Shown: positions 23,929 to 32,000 of the stretch, piece by piece
Layout: each line of letters opens with the position of its first letter
How positions within the stretch are numbered: position 1 is the stretch's first letter
From: an uncultured Chloroflexia bacterium
GTDB taxonomy: Bacteria; Chloroflexota; Anaerolineae; Anaerolineales; Anaerolineaceae
Assembly (NCBI GenBank): GCA_963704755.1
Contig: OY969938.1
Coordinates: 2,070,001 to 2,102,000, forward strand
Reading direction: 5' to 3'
DNA length: 32,000 bases
The notes under the pieces: model-generated
What the model was told of the DNA's origin: nothing
The model's input: the letters and a program-made list of their open reading frames with translations, nothing else
The model's database searches: none
Position numbers and translations under genes: made by a program

Positions 23929-25044
23929 ATGGTCACCCTGGCCGATACAATCGATACATTAACCCGGCCTGGTAAATTATTGGAAAACCAGCCGGATGGC
24001 GCCGTGCGCTGCACCGCCTGCGGGCACCGCTGCCTGATCAAACCAGGCCGGCGTGGAATTTGTAAGGTGCGCTTCAATCAGGATGGCAAGCTGCGCGTGC
24101 CCTGGGGCTACGTGGCCGCGCTCCAGCTTGACCCGATCGAAAAGAAGCCCTTCACCCACGTCTTTCCAGGCGTCGAGGCGCTCACTTTTGGCATGCTGGG
24201 CTGTGATTTCCACTGCGGCTACTGCCAGAACTGGGTCACCTCCCAGGCCCTGCGCGACCCGGTCGCCGGGGTGAGCAGCAGCAACATCCTGCGTGTCAGC
24301 CCGCGCGACCTGGTCGATTATGGCCTGCGCAACGGCGCGCGCGCCGTCGTTTCCTCCTACAACGAGCCGCTGATCACCACCGAGTGGGCGGCGGACGTGT
24401 TCGCCGAGGCCAAAGCGGCCGGCATGCTGTGTGCCTTCGTTTCCAACGGCAACGCCACCCCCGAAGCGCTGGACTACCTGGCCCCCTACCTGAGCGCCTA
24501 CAAGGTGGACCTGAAAACGATGCAGGACCGCCGCTACCGCCAGTTGGGTGGGGTATTGCAGCACGTTTTGGATACCATTCAAATGGCCCACGACCGAGGT
24601 CTGTGGGTGGAAGTGGTCACCCTGGTAATCCCCGGCTTCAATGACAGCCCGGACGAACTTTGGCAGGCAGCCCATTTCCTGGCCTCCGTCTCGCCGGATA
24701 TCCCCTGGCACGTGACCGCCTTTCACCCGGATTACAAAATGATTGACCCGCCGCCCACCTCTGCCCGCGCGCTGCAGACCGCAGCCGAGATCGGTGAGGA
24801 GGCCGGCCTGCATTTCGTCTATGCCGGCAACCTGCCCGGGCGGGTCGGCTCGCTCGAAGATACTCACTGCCCCAACTGCCAGGCTGTGCTGGTCAAGCGC
24901 CGCGGCTACACCATCCTGGATTACCGCATCACCGCCCAGGGCACCTGCTCCAATTGCGGCGCCGCTGTCCCTGGCATCTGGCCGGACAACCCGGCCGAGG
25001 TCCATCTGCTGGGCGCCGGCTACCCGCGCCCGGTACGCTGGTAA
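23929..25044 (+). CDS. amrS: AmmeMemoRadiSam system radical SAM enzyme
   Basis: 371 aa. N-terminal CTACGHRC, radical-SAM GCDFHCGYCQNW and C-terminal CPNC..CSNCG. AAGGTGG SD upstream. Confidence 0.88.
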   Translation: MVTLADTIDTLTRPGKLLENQPDGAVRCTACGHRCLIKPGRRGICKVRFNQDGKLRVPWGYVAALQLDPIEKKPFTHVFPGVEALTFGMLGCDFHCGYCQNWVTSQALRDPVAGVSSSNILRVSPRDLVDYGLRNGARAVVSSYNEPLITTEWAADVFAEAKAAGMLCAFVSNGNATPEALDYLAPYLSAYKVDLKTMQDRRYRQLGGVLQHVLDTIQMAHDRGLWVEVVTLVIPGFNDSPDELWQAAHFLASVSPDIPWHVTAFHPDYKMIDPPPTSARALQTAAEIGEEAGLHFVYAGNLPGRVGSLEDTHCPNCQAVLVKRRGYTILDYRITAQGTCSNCGAAVPGIWPDNPAEVHLLGAGYPRPVRW

Positions 25045-25066
25045 TCCAACGGGGCAAAACCCGATT

Positions 25067-25109
25067 TTAAAGCCGTTAGCGCGGGCAAAGCCCGCGCTAA
25101 CGGCTTTAA
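25067..25109. terminator. 20-bp perfect hairpin between convergent genes (bidirectional terminator)
   Basis: ttaaagccgttagcgcgggc / gcccgcgctaacggctttaa with loop aaa. Its left flank aaacccgatttt resembles the MITE core aaacccgaattt. Confidence 0.6.
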
Positions 25110-25119
25110 TTCTGGCATC

Positions 25120-25758
25120 CTACGGCATATACAGCCCTTCCAGGTCGCCGTTCAGGCCCGGCAGCCGGTATACCTGGCAGGTATCCGGGTTCACCAGGAC
25201 GACGACCCGTCCATTGTCGTTCCCCTGGTCCAGGCTAACGCCCAGCCAGCTTGAGCCGCCCCAGGCGATTCCAAAGGCATTCGCGCTATCCAGAACCAGG
25301 TGACCATCGCTGCCGTCCGGGTGCATCAGGTACACGCTGCTGTTGTCGCGGCCTCGATAGGCCATCCAATTCCCGTCCGGCGAAAGGCTGGGGTTGAGCG
25401 CCTTGGGTGTACCGTCTTCGATAGTGAATAATTCCTGGGTCGTGCCGCCGGCCAGGTCGAACGCATAGACGTTCCAGGCCGCGCCACCGGAATAGGGGAC
25501 GGTGAAGTAAAGCTGAGCAGAATTGGCCGACCAGCCGGCGATCCTTTCATAGCTCAGGTCGGAGATCTGGCGTTTCCCGCTGCCATCGCTGTGGATGACG
25601 AACACGCTGTCGATGAGGTCGCCTTCCATCGCCAGGTAGGCAATCTGGCTGCCGTCCGGCGACCAGTGCAGGTCAAAACCGCTGATACCCGCCAGGACAT
25701 TCTCCGCCCGGCTGGCCAGGTCCAAGATATGGATGCCGTCTGCAGCCGGATAGGCCAC
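25120..25758 (-). CDS. PD40/TolB-like beta-propeller repeats, distal fragment of the anti-sigma gene
   Basis: 212 aa with repeated SPDG(S/N)xxAY blades. The GTG start directly abuts the upstream TAG and no SD is present. Confidence 0.7.
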   Translation of the reverse strand: MAYPAADGIHILDLASRAENVLAGISGFDLHWSPDGSQIAYLAMEGDLIDSVFVIHSDGSGKRQISDLSYERIAGWSANSAQLYFTVPYSGGAAWNVYAFDLAGGTTQELFTIEDGTPKALNPSLSPDGNWMAYRGRDNSSVYLMHPDGSDGHLVLDSANAFGIAWGGSSWLGVSLDQGNDNGRVVVLVNPDTCQVYRLPGLNGDLEGLYMP

Positions 25759-27432
25759 CTAGCTGCCGTCCGGGGATAAAGCACCACCGCTCATGTTTGG
25801 CACCAGCACCGTGCTTTGGCCGTCTGTCAGATTATAGAGAACGATGTCTGACTGGCTGCCATCTGGTGAAGACACCGAGAGCAGCGCCTTCCCTTGCATC
25901 AAATCCGCCGGGGCCGGGTCGAGCTGATCCGGCGAAGAACCGGCCGCCAGGCACAGGCCAGGCAGGGCAGTGGGGTTGGCCGGCAGGTCGCTGCGGGGTG
26001 CGGACGGTGACCACTGGACCTGGTAGGTGCGCGAGTTGCCCACCAGAGTCAGGCCGGACACGGTCACGGTAAGCTTACCGGTCGGAAGTTGGGCATAGCT
26101 CAAACTGCGACCGAAAGTGCCGTTGGTCAGTCCACCGCCCCCACCGCCCCCGCCGCCGTTGGGGGTATATCCCTCGATTTGCACAGCCGCACCGAACACA
26201 TCCGGGTCCGACCGGAACAGGAACGAATAGTCGCTTTGCGAACCGGCCGTAATCGACACCAGGGTGAGGGTATGCCCGGCCAGCGATAAGTCCTGGTTGA
26301 GGGTCCAGACCTGGCCCGGCTGTGGGTCAGGGCCGGCATCGAAGCTGAATTGGGTAGTAGCGTTCGGGTCGGCCGGAACAATGCTGAAACCCGAGAACGA
26401 AATCGTCAAGGGATAACTCAGCCCGGCAGCCTGGAACTGGGCTGCCCAGCCGCTCATGGCCGGTTCCTGGTTGATAGCCGCGTTGACGTCTTGCGGATAG
26501 GTGTAGGTTACCTTCTTACCGCTGGCATCCTGAATAACTTCCGCGCCGGTCTGCTGGAATTGCACGCCCGGTTCGTCGGGCGGCTGGAAACGGCCAATCA
26601 GAATGTACCCATCGCTTGTTTCGATCACCTGGTCCACTGAGATGGCGTTATCCGCTTGAGGGGTAGCCGTTTGGTCCGTACCAGCAGCTTTGGCAGTGTT
26701 TTCAGTGGTCAGGCTGGCCTGAGGCGAGGGAGAAAGTTCGATCACCGGCATGACCGTCAGGTCGGGTGGGGCAGGCACAAAGTTGAGGGCTAAATCCCAA
26801 TTTTCGGGTGCTTTGCCCGGCAGAGTACCGCTGATACAGGGAATGATCAGGTCAGCCTGGTTCACACCGGCCGGGACGGGTTGGAAATTCTGCGAGCCAT
26901 CGTTCAGGCGGTTCAGTTGGGTACCATCCGGCAGGCGCAGATAATCTTGCGTCATGCAGCCCGGCACGTTTTCCTGGTGCGGGTAAGCCGAACCCGGCAC
27001 GCCGAAAATACGATACGACACATTGGCGCCATTAGCCGTCAGGGTGGCCGAAGTGACCGTAACCGAAATGCCATCGCGCGTGACGCTGACCGGTTCGGCC
27101 AGCACCCGGATAGGTGCGCTCTGGTCCACGATACCCACCCCGGGGATGTACCCCAACAACTGGCGGAAAGCCGCCAACACCCGCTGCGGCCCGATCAGAC
27201 CCAGGGCACCGGCCAGGAGGGCCAGGAGAATAATCGCCACCAGCCAGGCTGGACGGCGCAGGAGTGGCGTGGATCGGCTCTTCACTGGCCGGCCGCCCCC
27301 CTTGACGGAGCCCGTTCCGGGGCGGGTGAGAAGCTGGGCTTCCAGGCGTTCTACGAATGCCGGGCTGGGTTCCGGCGTAGAAAGCACCAGCCGGACTTTT
27401 TCCTCGATGGTGAAGGAGGGCTTGTTATTCAT
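25759..27432 (-). CDS. membrane-anchored putative anti-sigma factor with extracytoplasmic domain and PD40 repeats
   Basis: The start MNNKPSFT at 27432 overlaps the ECF sigma stop by 8 nt (gATGAATAA). TM helix WLVAIILLALLAGALGLIG, a Gly8 run, and a C-terminus ending ..LSPDGS then TAG. Confidence 0.75.
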   Translation of the reverse strand: MNNKPSFTIEEKVRLVLSTPEPSPAFVERLEAQLLTRPGTGSVKGGGRPVKSRSTPLLRRPAWLVAIILLALLAGALGLIGPQRVLAAFRQLLGYIPGVGIVDQSAPIRVLAEPVSVTRDGISVTVTSATLTANGANVSYRIFGVPGSAYPHQENVPGCMTQDYLRLPDGTQLNRLNDGSQNFQPVPAGVNQADLIIPCISGTLPGKAPENWDLALNFVPAPPDLTVMPVIELSPSPQASLTTENTAKAAGTDQTATPQADNAISVDQVIETSDGYILIGRFQPPDEPGVQFQQTGAEVIQDASGKKVTYTYPQDVNAAINQEPAMSGWAAQFQAAGLSYPLTISFSGFSIVPADPNATTQFSFDAGPDPQPGQVWTLNQDLSLAGHTLTLVSITAGSQSDYSFLFRSDPDVFGAAVQIEGYTPNGGGGGGGGGLTNGTFGRSLSYAQLPTGKLTVTVSGLTLVGNSRTYQVQWSPSAPRSDLPANPTALPGLCLAAGSSPDQLDPAPADLMQGKALLSVSSPDGSQSDIVLYNLTDGQSTVLVPNMSGGALSPDGS

Positions 27433-28006
27433 CGCGGTCTCTCTCCAACTGGCTTTCCAACCGGGCCAGCAGCCGGTAAATATTGCGCTTGACGGCATCT
27501 TCGCTGCGCCCGAACAGTTCGCCGATCTCGGCATAGGTCAGTTCGGCTACGAAACGCAAACGCAGCAGGTCTTGCTCTTTTTCGGCCAGCTCCTGGATGA
27601 GCTTCAGCAAGCGCTGTTTTTCTTCGTCATGCATTACCTGTGCAAGCAGATCTTTGCCAGGGGCGGCTTGCTGTTCAACCACATCGATGCCAGCTTCGGC
27701 CGGGCGCCGGTATTGGAAATTCAACAGGCGGTGATGTGCAATCGAGAACAGCCAGGCCAGGAAGTGCCCCTGGTGGCGGTAGCGGGGCAGGCTTTCCAGC
27801 GCTTCCAAAAATACCTGCGAGGTCAGGTCCTCCGCGTCGCCGGCCTGGCCAAGACGGCTGTACAGGTAGCGATAAATCGGTCGTACGTATGCCCGGTACA
27901 GTTGTGCAAACGCGGCCGGGTTTTGCCGGGATGCCTCGATCAAGCGGGCTTCCTGGTCGGGCGTCAATGCAACAGGGGGTGGATCGGTTATTTTGAGCTC
28001 TGCCAT
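27425..28006 (-). CDS. RNA polymerase ECF-type sigma-70 factor
   Basis: 193 aa. Region 2 (YRYLYSRL..AEDLTSQVFLEA) and region 4 (LLRLRFVAELTYAEIGELFGRSEDAVKRNIYR). Confidence 0.9.
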   Translation of the reverse strand: MAELKITDPPPVALTPDQEARLIEASRQNPAAFAQLYRAYVRPIYRYLYSRLGQAGDAEDLTSQVFLEALESLPRYRHQGHFLAWLFSIAHHRLLNFQYRRPAEAGIDVVEQQAAPGKDLLAQVMHDEEKQRLLKLIQELAEKEQDLLRLRFVAELTYAEIGELFGRSEDAVKRNIYRLLARLESQLERDRDE

Positions 28007-28158
28007 TGTGTTCCTGCCAAATCAGCGGTACGCAGTTTCCATTGCTGGGGATAAACTCATGATCCGGATCGAGTTCTATAGGTATATCACCCCAAAGGAT
28101 CAAAAGGGACGCCTTTGGCAGCTAACTGGTTCTATATACGCATCTGCTGTGGCTCAGG

Positions 28159-29802
28159 GTGTTTTCCCTGCAAAACAGGCAAAAAGCAATGAAAACACCC
28201 GATCTTCTCATCATCCGGGGAACGTTTTGGCGCGGGAAGCGTTTAAAATATATGCATATGCAGCAGGCATTTCCCCAGGCTCGTGGATTGGCTACCCCAA
28301 GATCCGCCCCCAAACGCCGGTTCGACGGACCGTTGATCCTTTTGGCAGCGGTGCTGTTCCTGGCTCTGGCCGGCTGGACCCTGGCCGCGGCCTACCTGGT
28401 CTTCCGCTTCGAAGGCCCTATCCTGCCTGGGGTCAAGATTGGCGAGACCAATGTGGGCGGCATGACTCTCTCCGCGGCTGCTGCAAAAATCGATAACGAC
28501 TGGAACCGCGACCGGGTTCTTCTGGTCACGGATGGCACCCATACCTGGCAGGCCACGCCGCTCGATTTCGGCTTGTGGGTCGATCCCAACGCCACCGCTC
28601 GAGCCGCCTTCGATTACGGCCGCGGTAAGAGCCACTGGGGCCAGATTCTAGGCGCGTTTTTGGGGGTCAAATCAGCCCAAGTCACGCCGGTAGTCGTGTT
28701 CAGCGCGCAGATGGCCAACGCTCAACTGGCCAATTGGGGTGCACTGGTGCAGCGCGATCCCGGCCCGGCCACCCTGGCTTACCAGAACGGTCAATGGCAG
28801 GCCGTACCCGGCGCTGCCGGTGTCCAGTTCGACCCGGCCGCCACCCTGCAGCAGCTTTCGCAAAACTACAGCACAATTATGCAGAGCGGACAACTGGCGC
28901 TGGTTACCCATCCGGTTCCCTCCCCCACCGGCCAGGTGGAAGCCCAACTGGCCACCCTGCAAAGCCAGCTCGACCGGCCGCTGCTGGTGCACGGCTACGA
29001 CCCGATCACCAACGACACCCTCGAATGGAGCGTCCCGGCCGACCTGCTGGCAAGCTGGATCCAGGTCAAGAACAATAATGGCCAGATTGCGCTTTCGATC
29101 GACGAGAGCGGCTTTCCGGCCTATCTGAACGACCTGGAGAAGAACCTTTCCGGCGGCCGCACCTTCTGGATTTCCGGCCAGACTTATGACCTGACCGGCC
29201 ACTGGCAGCGCGGAGATGCCTACACAGTCGTCATCCAACACCCCTCAACTACCTATACCGTCCAGAACGGGGATACCTTATTGAAAATCGCCTATCGCAG
29301 CGAGATCCCCTACTGGATGATCTTGCAGGCCAACCCGGATATCGACCCGGACGTGCTGCCGGTCGGCACCACCCTGACCATCCCCTCGCAGAGCGACCTG
29401 CTGCCTCTGCCGGTGGTATTGGGCAAGCGCATCGTCCTGTCGATCAGCCAGCAGCACATGTACATCTACGAAAACGGCCAGCAGATCCGCGATTTCGTCA
29501 TCAGCACCGGCATCGACCGCTCCCCCACCCAGCCGGGCATCTACCAGGTGCAGACCCACGTGGATAACGCCTATGCCTCAGTCTGGGACCTGTACATGCC
29601 GGACTTCCTGGGCATTTACCAATCCTGGCCGGGTTTCTGGAACGGCATCCACGGTCTGCCGACCCTTTCCAACGGCCAGCGCCTGTGGGCCGGCCTGCTG
29701 GGCAAACCCGTCTCCTACGGCTGCATCATCCTCGACCTGGACGCCTCCCAATGGCTCTACACCTGGGCCGAAGACGGTGTGGTGGTGGAAATCCAACCTT
29801 AG
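28159..29802 (+). CDS. L,D-transpeptidase (YkuD) with LysM domain and N-terminal membrane anchor
   Basis: TM helix LILLAAVLFLALAGWTLAAAYLVF, LysM YTVQNGDTLLKIAY..LPVGTTLTIP, catalytic GIHG..SYGCIIL. The start is uncertain: GTG 28159, ATG 28189 or ATG 28252. Confidence 0.85.
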   Translation: MFSLQNRQKAMKTPDLLIIRGTFWRGKRLKYMHMQQAFPQARGLATPRSAPKRRFDGPLILLAAVLFLALAGWTLAAAYLVFRFEGPILPGVKIGETNVGGMTLSAAAAKIDNDWNRDRVLLVTDGTHTWQATPLDFGLWVDPNATARAAFDYGRGKSHWGQILGAFLGVKSAQVTPVVVFSAQMANAQLANWGALVQRDPGPATLAYQNGQWQAVPGAAGVQFDPAATLQQLSQNYSTIMQSGQLALVTHPVPSPTGQVEAQLATLQSQLDRPLLVHGYDPITNDTLEWSVPADLLASWIQVKNNNGQIALSIDESGFPAYLNDLEKNLSGGRTFWISGQTYDLTGHWQRGDAYTVVIQHPSTTYTVQNGDTLLKIAYRSEIPYWMILQANPDIDPDVLPVGTTLTIPSQSDLLPLPVVLGKRIVLSISQQHMYIYENGQQIRDFVISTGIDRSPTQPGIYQVQTHVDNAYASVWDLYMPDFLGIYQSWPGFWNGIHGLPTLSNGQRLWAGLLGKPVSYGCIILDLDASQWLYTWAEDGVVVEIQP

Positions 29803-29922
29803 AGGATTAAACCACGGAGGCACGGAGTGCACGGAGGAAAGAAATTACTTTAAAAAAGATGGCCTAAAGCAGATCGGCACGGTCTCTCCCTCCATTCCGT
29901 CGGCCGAGGCCGCTCTTCAACG
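29803..29922. repeat. 3'-flank repeat element, copy 2 (uninterrupted)
   Basis: aggattaaaccacggaggcacggagtgcacggaggaaagaaatt..agatcggcacggtctc..cggccgaggccgctcttcaacgc is collinear with 17722-17921. Confidence 0.55.
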
Positions 29923-30156
29923 CCGGTCAGGAATATTCACCGCTGAGACGCAGACCATGGCACCGCCCGAAAGGGTGTGTGGATCGCAGAGAAGATTTCT
30001 TAAAAGGGCCTCGTCGTAGGGTGCGTTTGAGGGCTGACTTTCCTGATGGCGGCGGATCACCAGCCCATTTGCCCACATCGGCGTGCCCGAAACGCACCGA
30101 TATGACGCTGTTCTTAACAAGCACTAAGGATAGGAAAGGGGGCTTGGAAAAAGCGT

Positions 30157-30201
30157 TCGGCCCGGTCTCCAGACCGAGGCCGCTCTTATTGGCTGGTCAG
30201 G
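30157..30201. repeat. 3'-flank repeat element, partial copy 3
   Basis: ttcggcccggtctccagaccgaggccgctcttattggctggtcagg shares both cores and the ggtcagg tail with copy 2. Confidence 0.45.
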
Positions 30202-30230
30202 CATTGTCCCGCAGGCGCAGTGCTCAGAAA

Positions 30231-30407
30231 TGTAGGGTGGGTGCAGGGCTCATTTAGAACGCTGGCGACCTACCCGCCGGCAAGACCTACGAAACCTTGC
30301 CCGTAACCCACTGTTATGTCCGGATGGTGGGTTACGGGCAATTCCCGGGTTGGGACATCGGCTCTTTATTCGCCAGTCTAGCTTTTGAGCCCTGCACCCA
30401 CCCTACA
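30231..30407. repeat. 177-bp element with perfect 22-bp terminal inverted repeats and a nested 15-bp hairpin
   Basis: tgtagggtgggtgcagggctca 30231-30252 is the exact reverse complement of 30386-30407. Inner stem ttgcccgtaacccac 30297-30311 / gtgggttacgggcaa 30327-30341. Confidence 0.7.
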
Positions 30408-30473
30408 GCGCTGATACACCCCCACATATCCCCCGGCTTCGAAAGCCGGGCTACCCTACCCGGCACGCCCCCC

Positions 30474-32000
30474 TCATTCCCCCCGCCCAACGATCTCCAT
30501 AAACGCCGCCACCACTTGCGGATCGAACAGCACCCCGGCATTGGCCTGGATGTATTGCAAAGCCTTCTCGCGCGGCCAGGCCGGCCGGAACGGCCGGTCG
30601 GATTGGAGCGCGTCCCAAACATCCACCACCGCAAAGACCCGCGCGGCCAGCGGGATGCTCTCGCTCTGCAAGCCCAGCGGATAGCCCGACCCATCCCAGC
30701 GCTCGTGGTGAAAATAGGGCACATCGAGCGCCCGGCGCAAAAACTGGATCGGCGCCAACATCTGCCGGGCAAAAATGGGGTGTTGTTTTACCAGCTCCCA
30801 ATCCTTCTCATCCAACGGCTCAGGCTTGAACAGAATTTCATCCGGGATGGCCATCATACCGATATCGTGCAGCAGAGCCCCGCGGCGTAAATGGATCAGC
30901 TCGGTATCGTTCATGCGCATCAGCCGGCCCAATTCCAGCGCCAGCTCGGTTGTCCGCTGGGTTTGCCCCTCGTTATCCTTGTTGTGCAGCTCGAGCGCTC
31001 GCGCCCAACCTTCCAGGGTCGCGTCATACGAGCGGATCAAATCGAAATTTGTGCGCTGTAAACTCTGGAACAGCCCGGCGCTGTCGATCGCGATCGCGGC
31101 CTGGCCGCCAAGTGTCTCCAGAAAGTCGGTCCAATCCGCCGTAGCCTCGAACTTTTCGCGTTTGAATACCTCCAATACGCCCTTTACTATTCCCTTTGAG
31201 ATCAACGGGACGGCATATCCCGTCCGAAAGCCCAGGGCCACCAGGAGGGCCAGCCGCGGGTTGTCTCGTCCAGCCGTCTGCAGATCGTCGATGGCGATCA
31301 ATTTTCGTTCCAAAACCGCCCGGCCGGCCAGCTTTTCATCCAGGCGAATGGCCTCACGATAAGCAGGCCCCAAATTGATTCCCCGGCTGGCAGAATAATC
31401 CAGGTGGAAGAAATTCGGGTCGATCAGCAGCACATCGGCAGCCGCTGGCCCAAGAAGAGAAATGACATAATTCAAAAATGCATCCAGGGTCACCTGCAAA
31501 TCGGTGCTGGACGAAATCATCTGGTCGATCTCACGCAGCGCTTTCAGGCGCTCCAAATGCTGCTGAACCTGCTGCTCGGTGCGTCTCCGGTCGGTAATAT
31601 CCCGCACGATCCCCTGGATGTACAACGGATCGCCTTTGAGGTCGCGGATCAAGGTGGCATTGATTTCCACCGGGACGTTGCTGCCATCTTTTTTGAGCAA
31701 TAACCGCTCGTACAACGGCACAGGTTCCGTAGCCAACAGACTCTCCCGTACCCGGATCGAATCGGGGTAATCGAAGGGCAGCACCACATCTTGCAAACTT
31801 CTTCCGATCAATTCCTCAACGGTGTAGCCCAGCAGATCAGCAGCTTTTTGATTTCCGGCAATAAAGACGTTCTCGAGGTCCATCAGGAAGATGGCATCGT
31901 TGGCGTTTTCGAACAGGCTGCGGTACAGGTGTTCGCGTTGATCGAGTTCCTGCTCGGCCAGGGTACGATCGGTCACATCTCGCACGGCAATGACCGTGGC
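30474..32000 (-). CDS. PAS-GAF-HD-GYP domain signalling protein (N-terminus beyond the window)
   Basis: HD-GYP core HDIGMMAIP..HHERWDGSGYPLGL, a GAF-like middle region and PAS-like RDITDRRRTEQQ. The reading frame stays open to the right window edge. Confidence 0.88.
   Translation of the reverse strand, partial: ATVIAVRDVTDRTLAEQELDQREHLYRSLFENANDAIFLMDLENVFIAGNQKAADLLGYTVEELIGRSLQDVVLPFDYPDSIRVRESLLATEPVPLYERLLLKKDGSNVPVEINATLIRDLKGDPLYIQGIVRDITDRRRTEQQVQQHLERLKALREIDQMISSSTDLQVTLDAFLNYVISLLGPAAADVLLIDPNFFHLDYSASRGINLGPAYREAIRLDEKLAGRAVLERKLIAIDDLQTAGRDNPRLALLVALGFRTGYAVPLISKGIVKGVLEVFKREKFEATADWTDFLETLGGQAAIAIDSAGLFQSLQRTNFDLIRSYDATLEGWARALELHNKDNEGQTQRTTELALELGRLMRMNDTELIHLRRGALLHDIGMMAIPDEILFKPEPLDEKDWELVKQHPIFARQMLAPIQFLRRALDVPYFHHERWDGSGYPLGLQSESIPLAARVFAVVDVWDALQSDRPFRPAWPREKALQYIQANAGVLFDPQVVAAFMEIVGRGE

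Noticed and set aside
23977-25005. 342-aa ORF on the minus strand
   Set aside because: It is antisense to the radical-SAM gene, whose CxxxCxxC motif and domain order are clear on the plus strand.
25759-25761. TAG as a recoded sense codon (for example pyrrolysine) or a reassigned genetic code
   Set aside because: TAG terminates rplJ, rplL, the lipoprotein, the subtilase and the L,D-transpeptidase at positions that fit their families. No pyl genes are present in the window.
27433-27534. 34-codon upstream extension of the anti-sigma ORF
   Set aside because: It would overlap the sigma gene by over 100 nt. The ATGAATAA stop/start overlap at 27425-27432 is the typical coupled arrangement.
27023-28054. 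343-aa ORF on the plus strand
   Set aside because: It is antisense to the ECF sigma and anti-sigma genes, and the sigma regions 2 and 4 are readable on the minus strand.
29917-30257. Small ORFs (65-92 aa) in the 670-bp gap
   Set aside because: They overlap one another in different frames, lack SD signals and are composed of repeat sequence.

Overview
Mostly housekeeping chromosomal segment of a moderately GC-rich bacterium. Gene content and protein signatures look Chloroflexota/Anaerolineae-like, but that is inference only. The core is a tRNA-Thr/Tyr/Thr-tuf-rpmG-tRNA-Trp-secE-nusG-rplK-rplA-rplJ-rplL cluster (4.6-10.3 kb). Around it lie an HTH/P-loop ATPase, pcm-mutY, an MBL-hydrolase operon, lexA with an SOS box inside its own promoter, a secreted subtilase, lysS and greA. 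Further right are a frameshifted zinc-ribbon/beta-helix gene, a lipoprotein, a four-subunit 2-oxoacid:ferredoxin oxidoreductase operon, moaA and an AmmeMemoRadiSam radical-SAM enzyme. The window ends with an ECF sigma/anti-sigma pair whose PD40 propeller is split by an in-frame TAG, a LysM L,D-transpeptidase and a PAS-GAF-HD-GYP protein cut by the window edge. I see no CRISPR array, prophage, transposase gene or recognisable defence island. The unusual content is intergenic. (1) A phased array of DnaA boxes at 18820-18905. (2) A MITE-like family with terminal inverted repeats, 8-bp target duplications and a paralogous empty site. (3) A roughly 130-nt element shared by the 3' flanks of two envelope genes. 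(4) A C/A-rich 76-bp tandem array with an inverted partial copy upstream of moaA. (5) A 177-bp element with perfect 22-bp inverted ends inside a 670-bp non-coding gap. (6) Heptamer, 8-mer and 9-mer micro-repeats and very long perfect hairpins. All calls come from reading the sequence and the ORF track by eye. No database search or folding program was run.
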